A stretch of 63,977 nucleotides of DNA, the filler included, from Basidiobolus ranarum (Eukaryota): NCBI GenBank assembly GCA_040143965.1. It is 3 parts of 3 records of this genome, joined end to end, with 100 filler letters (N's around TTAATTAATTAA, not from the genome) between each part and the next. Parts side by side here need not be neighbours in the genome. Positions count along the whole stretch, not along the records: positions 22,103 to 43,950 come from JASJQH010000195.1; 2 more parts are not named here. One strand, given 5' to 3'. The notes beneath the pieces were generated by a model. The model saw only the letters and a list, made by a program, of their open reading frames with translations. It had not been told where the DNA came from and searched no databases. Of the stretch, positions 28,101 through 39,907 are shown piece after piece (the stretch's first letter is position 1; the number at the start of each line of letters is the position of its first letter). Both the position numbers and the translations under genes were made by a program.

Positions 28101-28227
28101 GTTCAGTAGGCTGGTTTACCTGAGCACTGTTTTGTGACTGAGCTTGTTGCTCTGTTGAGGTGCCTTGAGAAGGCACTTGTTGTTCTGAAAGGTGAGACGC
28201 ATCTTTTCCATCACTGGTTGAATCCAT
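25167..28227 (-). CDS. VNX1: Vnx1-type CAX-family cation/H+ exchanger with YccF-like domain
   Basis: MTLKDRQE/AINTSHPFGLPLWKPALYKKSRSV, GNILWTLLFGWW, GMAVSSISAQSSLGMGAVINATFGS, GGHDAPEW, LVPNVTEFMNAISFA, EGKSNYFKGSIL. Confidence 0.92.
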
Positions 28228-29525
28228 TGAACAAAGTTCTTACAAATGAGTAGAAGAGTTAGAGCGTAAGGAACAAGCGAAAGAAAACCAAGGTGTATCG
28301 AAAGTTTATATAGACAGGCAGCAACCCACTTGTGAACAGGTCAACCTCACTTAGAAAGAAAGGATGTCTTACCCATTTAAAGGAGTAACGGAGCAGTACC
28401 CCAATAACTTAATTAAGTCCACCTGACGTATCAAAGTCCTAGTAATAAAAAGGGATTCAGTGTATCTGTGACACAGTCGATTCTGAGCAATAGAACTTTA
28501 ATGTACGCATGAATATAGAGTTAATCAACTGAATAGGCCTTTGAAAAGTCAAGTGGCTGATAACCAGTGTAATGTGAAATTTTTGTTTCAGAAACATGAC
28601 TCCTGTGAAATTAGCGAGGTAATTAGCTTCAATTGATGCATATAGCTTCCGAATTGGCAATATCATAGGAGGATGTCCTACATATATATATAGGATTTGT
28701 AAATTGTTATCTATTTTATGTTGATCGAGCAATGCAACCTCGGTGCTTGCGTAACATTTCAAAACACATTATATCTCCCTTTGATCAAAATAACCACATC
28801 AGCCTTGACAAATAACGTCACATATTAATTACAGGATCAGGAATGGATATCGTCCTACACAGCTTGTGCCACATTATATATTGGATTCCAACAAGCTCTC
28901 TTATCAAGCCCTTTGAAAGCCCTTTTGTATTCAATAGATATATATATCAGTACAATTGAAGTATCTTTCCCGTGTTTCGGTGTTTCGAACTCCGTTTTTG
29001 CCTAAAATAAGTGATTCATTACAAGCCTGAGATGCAGGTTTACATAAGAAATTTGGAAAGGCACGTTGCAGCAGTTATCTTGGTTTCCTGCCTCTGGTTT
29101 GGTTTAATGTATGCGAATATTGACTTGGGATTTCGCGTCAGTATTTCTCAATGTCCCTTACCCTTGGATGATGACTTGCCCTTGCATATAGACCAAGAAT
29201 CCATAAAAACATGACATATATAGTGTACTTGTGTCCAACTGTGTGCAAAATATTCTTTGTAGTCTGCTGAGTATCAAATAATTAAATTACCGGAGTAAAT
29301 TAAAATTATTAAATTTACCATGTTTTTACCATCTAAGGGTCAACGAATGAATTTTGATTTTAATCGTTCTAGCTAAGCATTCTATCATCAAAACCTTCTC
29401 TCTACGCCTGAAGAAAACCATACTTCTTAACCCTTGGTAGATCTGGATATCTCAACTGAGAAATACTCCTTTTGTTTCTCTGTATCTATAAATATATTAC
29501 TTGATCTGAACTCTCTCTTGGAAGA

Positions 29526-31407
29526 ATGGACTTCAGAGTAGGAAATAAATATAAACTAGGGAGGAAGATTGGTTCCGGCTCTTTTGGAGAGATTTATCTC
29601 GGTGGGTATTTTCAATAAACTTGATCGGTGTTTGCAATTGACAGTATGAATTGATTCATGATTCTGTTCATTTTTCCTTGTTGTTACTTTGTTATATTTA
29701 TTACCGGGGTTTCTTGGTTAAATATGATGCAAAGCCTTACCTATAATTGCTGCCTTCTCGAGATTAATAACAATTAGAACTTTCAAGTTAAATCACTATT
29801 TTCGTAAAATTCAGGTACCAATATTATCACTGGAGAGGAAGTAGCTGTCAAGTTAGAACCTGTAAAGGCGCGTCACCCCCAGCTCGAATATGAGTCGAAG
29901 GTTTACAAATCTCTAGCTGGAAGTGTTGGTATTCCATTTGTTCGTTATTTTGGAGTAGAATCAGACTACAATTGTATGGTTATCGACTTGCTGGGCCCCT
30001 CCCTGGAAGACCTTTTTAACTTTTGCAATCGGAAATTTTCCTTAAAAACTGTTCTTTTACTTGCTGATCAACTGGTAAGCTTAGTATATTAAATCAATGA
30101 CATTAACTGTAATTTAACCTTTGTTAACTGGATTGCTTAGATATCTCGCATAGAGTATATTCATTCCAAAAACTTTATCCATCGAGATATCAAACCCGAC
30201 AACTTCCTCATGGGAATTGGAAAATGGGCTAACCACGTAAATGTTATTGATTTTGGGCTAGCCAAGAAGTTCCGAGATCCTAGAACACATCTTCATATTC
30301 CCTACAAAGAAAATAAAAACTTGACTGGAACTGCCCGTTACGCGAGTATCAATACACATCTTGGGATTGGTTAGTTTTGGGATGCACTGTACTTGATTTA
30401 TGGTATGTCGAATTTAGCTAACTTTCTTACCAATTGAACAATTGAATCTAGAGCAGTCTAGGCGAGATGATTTGGAGTCTCTAGGATACGTTATAATGTA
30501 CTTTTTACGAGGATCATTACCATGGCAAGGGCTCAAGGCTGCAACAAAAAAGCAAAAATATGACCGCATTATGGAGAAGAAAATGACTACTCCTACAGAG
30601 CTCCTCTGTCGTACCTTCCCTAATGAGTTCGCCATATATCTCAATTATACTCGCAGCCTCCGCTTTGACGATAAACCAGACTATAGCTACCTGAGAAAAA
30701 TCTTTAGTGATTTGTTTGTACGTGAAGGATATCAATACGACTATATTTTCGACTGGACTATCTCTGAAAAGGTAACTTTTTGAATAGTGCAACCTCTGCC
30801 TTAAAACTTCCATCTAACCATCAATTTCTATAGGAAAAGAAAGGTAAGGACTCCGGTACTGAGAGTCAGACTTCAGCAGCAACCGGTAATAAAGAGGGGC
30901 AGCCTAAGGTTTGTATACAAAGATATTGATTTTATCCATTGCCTTGGACACTAAAGTATGTCAAATTTGCATTCTACAGAATGGAGCCACAAGAGAAGAG
31001 CGTGGAGCGACTTCTCAAAGAATTCAACCTTCTGCCCCTAATCCTGAACCCAGTTTCCGACGTAGTCTTCGTGCCCCGCAACATTCTGTAGGAACTCCTG
31101 GAGTTCGTGCATCTGTTATTCCTACTTCTGGCGCAGCAGGTCGCACTCAAACTAGCACTCGTCGTAAGGTTCTGCAAGGTGAAGAATCCACTGAACCCAG
31201 ACCCAGAACATCCGCTCTAGGAGCCAGTGATCGCATGTAATTTCACATACTATTATTTTTAGAGCCTTTAGTCGATAATGTTTATCAAGTACTCACTTTT
31301 ACTTACATAGTTTGCGTAGTACTACCAAGGCAGCAGGCATTAACCCTCCGAAATACAAGATTGGTGAGCCAGGTTCAACCGCCAATGCCAATGGCCACCG
31401 TGGATAG
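29526..31407 (+). CDS. Casein kinase I (Hrr25/Hhp1/CK1-delta type)
   Basis: [95 protein letters not shown]; low-complexity C-tail ending HRG*. Confidence 0.97.
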
Positions 31408-32350
31408 ACCACATATCAGCGGTTTATGGAGGAAGCACATTTGTAAAAGGAGCCAAATTTGTAGTATGAATTTCTCTATCGTCGCTATTTCAACGAACCC
31501 TCACCTTTTCCTACCTCTCCATCATCATCAAGACTATTCCCGAGATTTTTATATCTCTTTTAATTACATCCTAGCATGGATACAGCTACTATGAAAAGTA
31601 GTTTTTTGCTCTGCCTGAACTGAATTAGCGACATATTAGTCTAGAAACTCGCTTAGACCTTTTAATCCTAAAACAAACAAAAAAAGTCTTTTCCTCATTT
31701 GCACTTTAGCAGGAATTCCAAAGTAATTACACATGTATTATTAACAATGTACTTCCTCTCCTTTGTTTATAATTCCTGAGCTTACATTGATCAACTCTCC
31801 TAAACTTTCACCTCTCTTCTCTATAAAAAAGTGGTGTTTTTGCTTGAAATAGTCATTAGTGTTCTGACTTGGAATCAACCAAGTCTATGCATCATTTGTA
31901 ATTCAAACTCTGGGAGTCAGTAAAACTTGTTGGGTGCAATTTACTATTGAATTCCATTGAAAAGTATATGAATATGGGAAGTTGTACAAAAGTAGCCTAG
32001 CAAATATGTTTAAATGTCACAGTAAATGTAAACAAGAATGGAAGTAACCATAGTTGTATCTAACAACTTAGATGACTGTTTATGAGTAGACAACAAATCT
32101 GGTTGTGCAAAATAGTTTCTCATCCTATATTTACATGGTTGTACTCTACATTTGTGATAAGTTTGCCATTCTAGTATCTGAATTCCACATATCGGTAGTA
32201 ACATCTCATAAAAACACTCAAGATAATATGGGGTAGGTAACTTGTGGTTATGGTGGCGGCGGTGGTTAAGATTCAATCGCATTGAATTTTCTAAGCGATC
32301 CATTTGTCCCCTTGCCTGTTTAATACATATACAGAGCTATTCCTTCGGGC

Positions 32351-33623
32351 TTATCCAAGACTGTTAACTTCGTTGAGACGGTTGTCAATCTCATCACATG
32401 GCCATTCAAATTCGAACGGCTCAGAGCTGACCATCGCCTTTTGTTTCATCTCTTTGCAAAGTTGATGTAACTCTTCTACCAAGAGGTCAACATACTCCAC
32501 TGAGATGTTGTCATTATTCGGATTCGCATTTAGAACGGATGATTGTAGGTTGCAGGGATCTCGGGCTTCTTCTTTGATCGCTGTTTCAGCATCTACTGGT
32601 GCAACTGCAATGGAATCTAGACTGGGCAAAGTGATAGAGGCTACGTTAGATGGGTCGAACTCGGTTGTATTGGGCATAGCTTTCTCCAGAGGAGAGTTGA
32701 TTGCAGTGGAATTCAAATTCATTTGAGAAAATGATAGTACTGGACTCGTACTGGCCAATTTTTTCAATTCGACCGAAGTATCTCTATCAAATTCCTCCGT
32801 GGACATTATCGAGGAAGATCTAAAGTCTCTCATTCCGACAGAAAGTGGGGATTTGGAATCACTTATTGCGGAGAGAGAGGGAGAAGCCAAGACATCTCTT
32901 TGTGAAAAAGAAGGTGAGGACATAGCATCCCCTATGGAGATAGGTGAGGGTGAGGAATAAGGGGACTCAAGATAACTTGGTCCCATAGCTTTGAACTCAA
33001 AATTATTGAATTCGGTCTTGCAGTCAGATTTAATAGACTTTAGAGTTAACTGTAACTTTGCATTTTCCTCTTTAAGTTCCTCGGCTAAATCTTTTAGTTG
33101 ACAATTTTCTTGTCGAGATTTTTCATGAAGTCTTTCCAATTCTTGAATACGATTTAATAAATCCTCTTGTTGACGTGTTTTCCGTTCACGAAATAAACGT
33201 TGAGCCTCTCGGTTTTGCATTTGACGTTTCTGTGATCAGAATAACGTTTTCTCTTTAGGAAACTGTGCAAATATGAAGATAACCAAGTTAAGTAGATACA
33301 TACGGATATAGGAGCAGTTAATACCTGCTTACGTCCCGGTTTCTTCGGGGCATGGGGATTTTCTAGAGTGAGTAAAAAAGTTAGAAGGAAACTTTTGTAA
33401 CGAGTTAAAGTTAATATATTTAACAAACCGAGGCTGCTTTCAGTAGTTTCTCGTCTACGTCTTCCGCGTTTACCTAAGAAAGTAGGTTTTAGTGTGGGTG
33501 GAGAAAAGAAGGTTATCAACCTCAAAAGGCACCTTTTTTTGCGTTAGGATTTATGTCCCAAGAAGAAAAAGGGGAGGTGGTGTTGTTAGCGGGATCGTGT
33601 AATATAAATGTGTTATTTTGCAT
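32351..33623 (-). CDS. Yap1/Pap1-like bZIP transcription factor
   Basis: Spliced N-terminus MQNNTF...KKPGRKQVLTAPISKRQMQNREAQRLFRERK (NxxAQxxFR Yap signature), leucine zipper, C-terminal ELHQLCKEMKQKA resembling the Pap1/Yap1 c-CRD helix. Confidence 0.85.
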
Positions 33624-34163
33624 TGTATTCTACTTCACAAATAAGGTGGAAAACTTTCAAGAACTTCAAAAGAGTAGGCGGTTCTTAAAAAACTTATGTC
33701 AATTAGCATAAGAGACCCTGTTTGAACCGTATTAAGTATGTACGGAATCTCTTTTACACTTACCAACCAATTTGGTTGGGGAACGCTATTCTGTGAGTCC
33801 TGGGAACCAATGACAGATAGGTGGATCAAAGGCTGGATCAATCTATCTCAATGATCTGCATTTGCTTTATAATATAACATTTCCTTGCTAGGAATGTTAA
33901 TATAAATCAATGGAACCTATATATCAATCGTATGCGCATTGTGACAGTAAAAAATGGGCACAGAATCACCCATTTCGGAAATGGTCAACTACACAGTCAG
34001 CCTGAGAAACTCATAACTTTAAGCAAAGTTTGGTTATTTTAGACAGGAATTTTGATAATCCTATCTATTGGCTAAACTTCGCTTGTTTTCCTCGGTTCCA
34101 TATTAGTATGAGTTAGCACGAATTTTCAATACGATAATCAATAGTGCCTTTGAAGACGTTTCC

Positions 34164-36243
34164 ATGTCAAAAAGATCAACAAAGATCATTGATTATTCTA
34201 ATGAGGTATCTCTTAATGCTTCATAGTTAACATAGATAGATCTAAATTAACTCAGCTTAAACTTAGTGTTCTGATGGGAAACCAGAAGAATTAGATGTTG
34301 TGGTGGAGCATCTTCAAAAGGAATTCAATCTTTGGCGACCTTTTCGAAAAACTGACTTAAAGGTAGAGAGTTGCGAGGAAGAATATTTACCCAAATACAA
34401 GAGGAGAGATGTATTTGTTGTAGATTATGGTAGAGAAGAAAATAATATTCCACCCCCAGAACCTATTATGATGGCATGGAAACCTCCTATCCTGCCTAAA
34501 TTACCACGGAAAATATTACCTCGACCAATTCTTCCAAACTTAAGTCAATCCAATAAAGTGATTCCCGGAGTAGTCACAAATCCATCAGTCTCTCCTCCGG
34601 TCATTCCAAGCTTGAGTCAACTCAATAAAGTGACTCCTGGAAGAGCCACAAAATCACCAGCCTCTCTTCCAGTCATATCGACTCGTAAACTAGTTAGCAA
34701 CGATCCTGTTAGTGACTTTGAGAAAGCACGGCAGAAACTACATGTTTCCTCCATCCCCGACACTTTACCTTGTCGTGAAGATGAGTTTTGTGAGATTTTA
34801 GCATACTTGGAAAGTGCTTTGGAGGATCAAACCGGAGGGTGTATATGTAAGAGAATATTCAAAAGTTAAAGCAAGGTAGAATATTAAGATATTGACATGA
34901 AATAATAGATATTTCAGGAGTCCCCGGAACAGGGAAAACGGCTACCGTCCATGAAGTGATTCGGAGTTTGCAAACTCGAGTCGAAGATGGTGTAAGTATA
35001 CATGTGAACATCAAGTTAGTACCTCTTGAATTAATTGATTGTTTTAGGACCTGGAGCCATTTCAATTTATTGAAATAAATGGGATGAAACTCACTGAGCC
35101 GTCACATGCGTATTCTGTACTTTGGAAAGCTCTCACTGGAGAGAATGTAACCGCAAAGCACGCTGCTGATCTGTTAGAACACACATTTTCATCACCATCT
35201 ACGCGTACCCAACCTTGGTATAATTGTAATGAACATCTCTATTTTAGTCATATTTGTTCACATATTGTTCATCTTTCAGTTTGGTTCTTATGGATGAGCT
35301 GGATCTTTTGGTGACACGCAAGCAGACAGTGATGTACAATTTCTTCGAATGGCCCAACAGGCCGAACACCAAGCTTATAGTCATTGCCATTGCAAATACA
35401 ATGGATTTACCTGAGCGACTCCTGTCTAACAAAGTATCCAGTCGTCTAGGTAATATGCCATTAGCAATGATATATGTATCCTAGCTCTAACTCTCGTTCA
35501 TCAATACCAAGGACTCACTCGTATCAACTTCCAACCTTACACACACAATCAACTGTATACAATTATTCAATCACGACTCCAGGACAGTGGCACCTTTGAA
35601 AGCGATGCCATTGAATTCTGCGCTCGAAAAGTCAGTGCAGTATCGGGTGATGCGCGTCGTGCTCTAGATATTTGCAGGTTAGACATTTTCTCAATTGAAT
35701 GGCTGCTCTAGCTTATATTCATATCATATTCATAGACGTGCCGTAGAACTAGTAGAACATGCTCATCAACGGAACGAAGCAACACAAGATGGTACTGCGA
35801 TATCCCAAGTCACCATTGGGATGGTGGATCGCGCAGTAAAAGAGATGTTCGTCACCAGTAACATTCAATTTATTCACAACGCCACACTACACCAAAAACT
35901 ATTTCTCGTGGCATTGGTAGCTCGACTGAAGAAGCGAGGATTACCGGAGGTTGAATTCACCCATGTAAGTTTCATCAGAATTTAAGAAGAAACCGATGAT
36001 CTTTGTTAACATATGGAAATTCATCAGGTCACTCAAACATACTTCCAACTTTGCCGTATGAATGGCATCGACCCAGTTACAACCTCTGAATTACACATGG
36101 TCTGTAACTATCTAAACTCATCTCGATATATCCTAGTAGAACAAACAGATCTGGACTTGCACCAAAGGATTCGTTTGAATTTATCTGAAGGGGATGTTAT
36201 GTTGGCACTACGAAATGATCCGCTATTTAAGAAGATCGTTTAA
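34164..36243 (+). CDS. ORC1: Origin recognition complex subunit 1 (AAA+ and winged helix; short N-terminus)
   Basis: [17 protein letters not shown], Walker [21 protein letters not shown], Walker [37 protein letters not shown]. First exon 34164-34205, intron to 34266. Confidence 0.92.
34532..34675 (+). repeat. 72-nt (24-codon) tandem duplication inside ORC1 N-terminus
   Basis: [24 protein letters not shown] / [24 protein letters not shown]; nucleotide units start at 34532 and 34604. Confidence 0.85.
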
Positions 36244-36808
36244 TTTTTTCACGCCCCAACTAATCAATATAGAACATTCATTGATAGCATTACATGAATG
36301 GCAGTGGTGCATTAGAATTACGTATTATATAAACCCATTTTCAACTCTGTACCATGAGAAGATTCCAGTATGATTTATACTTGCATGGCAACTACTACTT
36401 TATCTTACTCACTTGAGTATTCCTGTTTCGACCCGACCTGAGCCTGCAGATATTGAGGCTGCTAGTGATACCCAGACCAACGTGAGTCACCCTTGAAAGT
36501 TTAACTTTAACCGACTCAAGCTCATTACAGATCCGGTAACTGTTCCCTTTTTGAGAATGAAACTGCATGTAATGATGTGTGAGAAATAGGTACATTTAAG
36601 GTGAACACGAGGGATAAATTAAATATTGCGGAAGTTGGGGAAGACCTTTATGGTAGTTTCGGTTGGGTTGGTACACGAACATAGATTGTTGTTAATTGTA
36701 GGATTAATATTAGCAACAATAGTAGATGTCATATATTTATTAATTCATGAGAAGAGGTTCAAAATTCCATATGTTATAGGTATGCTATTAATGCTAGTTG
36801 CGTATGGC

Positions 36809-38963
36809 TTAAAACGTGATAGCCCAAACCATCAATGAGAATAATCCAGATAGAACATAGAAAGTGCGGTCAATGGCACTGGCACTACTAACCACCGGTC
36901 CTTCTGCAAAGTGGAAGATTAAATAAATAGCCGAGTTCAAAATAGAAGTCTTAATTACTTACTGTTACAGTTGAATCGGCACATCTTAGCAAATGAAGAA
37001 GAGGAAACCTCATTAGTTCTACAAGTGAATTTGTTGGATAAAGCGATGCATTTGGATCTATCCAAACTTTCAGGTGCCGGAAAATCTGGGAAGAGGCCAT
37101 TCAATTGATTTCGTTGAGCGTAGCTGGGTGGGATTTTAGGTAGTTTAGTGAAGAATTAGGAACGTATTTGTTATACGAAATATACTTACAATGCTTTTAA
37201 CTTTCTCAGATTTTTCAACTCTTCCGGCAATTGACCGATAAATTCATTATCCGATAAAGTACTAAAGTCATATCAGTAAATGTTGTCAATGAAGAGCACA
37301 AGCCAGAAGTTTACTCACAGTTTTTCTAGATTGACAAGATTCCCTATGGTTTTTGGAATCACACCTATCAATTTGTTGTGTGAAAGATCCCTATTGAAAT
37401 GAATGTTTAGTATTTATCCACTATGTTGGTCTACTCGTAACTTACAGGGTATGAAGATTGGTCAAGGTGGTATAAGATTCGGGGATATTGCTTTGAAATC
37501 TATTGTACTTAAGATTGCTGGAAAGAAGAGTTGAAGTTAATATGAAGTCTACGTATTATATATGTACTCTTTTGGCAGTTACTTACAGACTAAGGAGATT
37601 AGTGCATTTCGATAGTCCATCAGGTAAAGGCCCGCTGAAAACATTGTGATCTAAATATAATCCCTTAAGATTGGAGAGATTGCCGATATCGTTTGGTAGA
37701 GACCCAGTGAAGTTGTTCCCCTCCAATGCCCTATTAAAACATTCCTTTAGTCCATATCATCACTAGTTATTGAGTGATGCAAATCCATACAAAATCTCCA
37801 GACTGCTCATTTGATAGATTATAGCGGGAAGTTCTCCGTTTAGTGTATTACTTGACAAATACCTAAGTAATAAATTGTCAACTAGAGCACAATTATCCAA
37901 CCTAGAAGCTATTAAAATCCTTACAATCCTCTGAGTTGAGTGAGTTGAGTCATAGAACCGGGCAAGCTCCCAATTTTGTTGGAATTCAAGTGTCTAAAAT
38001 GTATACTATTAATTGACTCATCTTCAACCTCCAAGAAAAATCAAATCAAAAACGTACAAACTCTGAAGCTGGACAAGGCTTCCGATCGATTCGGGGATAG
38101 ATGTGATCCCTGTATTAGAAAGATTTCTAAAATGGAATTTCAATATCAGCGAGCAAAATGAGAAAACAAAATCGTTGACTTACATCGATATCAAAGAAGC
38201 CACACTGGTAATACTGGACAGAACATCACTCAAGGTGTTGTTACTTAAATCTCTAAGACAAAAATTCAGTCAACAAAATACCTCAACTATTCCATGATAA
38301 CAACTTACAAATTCAACAGCCCATCAAGTTGAGATACTTCAGTAGGTAGCTTTCCCGAAAGGCCGTTGTTGGTCAAGTTTCTGAAAGTAGTGTTAATACA
38401 TATAGTTAACAATAAAAGATATTAAACGTGAATACATACAATGCCTTAACCCGTCCTCCATTATTACACTGAACACCTTGCCAACTACAGCATGAGGCCA
38501 TGTCATCCCCAGTCCAACCGGACTTTTGAGTCCAATTGTTACCGTTGAGACCAGTAAATATGGTCTTGAGTACACGACAGTTAGCTTGAAGTGTGGCATA
38601 TTGTGAATCAGATAAGGCTATGTTTGAAGGCAACCCAGGTATATTTGGATGATTAGTGGCACTTGGCTGTTCTACATCTGAAGTTGGACTAGGGTCAACA
38701 ACTGTGACATCAATAGGCCCGTCGTCGGTGGCTGTTGGTTCTTCTTCTTCGCTACTCCAATTTTCGTTGCTTGTAGGCTCAGGACCTGTAGAGCTCCAAC
38801 TTGTGGAATCATCACCAGAGTCGGGGGTTTGAGTAGGTGTAGAGGTGGGGGTAGGGGTAGGAGTTACTTCACTAACTATATCTTCGGAAGGCTCCTCTTG
38901 TGAAAGTACAGGAGACAAAAGTAACAATGGGACAAGGGCTATATAGAAACTACTAATCCGCAT
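36809..38963 (-). CDS. Secreted, probably GPI-anchored plant-type LRR protein (~496 aa, 12 exons)
   Basis: Signal peptide, acidic S/T/P stalk, LRR N-cap (NWTQKSGW...CCSWQGVQC), ~11 LxLxxNxLxGxLP repeats, Cys-rich C-cap, hydrophobic tail SSASAIDRTFYVLSGLFSLMVWAITF*. All exon boundaries traced as GT-AG. Confidence 0.9.
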
Positions 38964-39907
38964 ATTCAGTATATCTCAGGAATAAAGCTCAACAAGCAAT
39001 GGTTATAAGAAAAATAGTCGAATAAAAATAAGATAGTGGATCTAGGTTCCTCGAGTAGAATTTCCATTTGTGTTAGCTACTGTAATTATAACTCCACGCC
39101 ACTATGGTGGTACAATGTTGCTGTAGATACCATACATCAAGTGCCATGGTAGCTAGATAAGCGAGATTGCTACTCTCCATTCACGAAGCCGTCTAATCTG
39201 TATGTGTATGCGTGTATGTAATAAAGCCAATAAGTACAATAAGAAACTAGCGAAAAAGGAAGTTGACGTCCAGATAAAGTTGGCAATGAAGAGACACCAT
39301 TCAATTTCTACATTCAATTCCCAAATTTGGTAAATTCTGGAATGAGAGAGTTGTAAATGGTAAACAAGACCTCTAACCTGATCCACACTCTCCCTAAATA
39401 TACCTAACCGGTCGGTAAAGTAAAAATACACCAGACTGAGCTAGATTTGTACGCCGCCAGCGCATATTATCTGGCTCTAAACGATAATATTGACATCATG
39501 GTTCCTCGCTCCATATATTTGTTGATGTCAGAATTCATCATCAAAACAAACATCGGCATCTACTTTCTTGGCCAATATGAATCCCTATATTTTGAATCAA
39601 ACTGATAATTATTTATTTATAGATAACTTAAGATGAGACAGCGGCCACATCAGTCTCTATGCTACAAACTAAAGATTGGTGACAAGAAATGATATTAATC
39701 CTCATTCTAAATCCTCATCCTAATTGTTTCCAAAATAGTCATGGAAATAGTAAGGCAGAAGAATGGGCGTAAATCTCAATTAGTAGAATGGGCGTAAATT
39801 TCAGCGTAAATATCATCAATGCCACTATGCTTGTATATTTAGATTCTGTCTGATTCGGTCCCGCAATTATATTAATATAGGCGTAGTGTGTCTAGAATGA
39901 AGTGTCG

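Noticed and set aside
37190-38380. Regular ~125-130 bp periodicity that might suggest a CRISPR-like array
   Set aside because: Explained by alternating LRR exons and introns; no identical nucleotide repeats.
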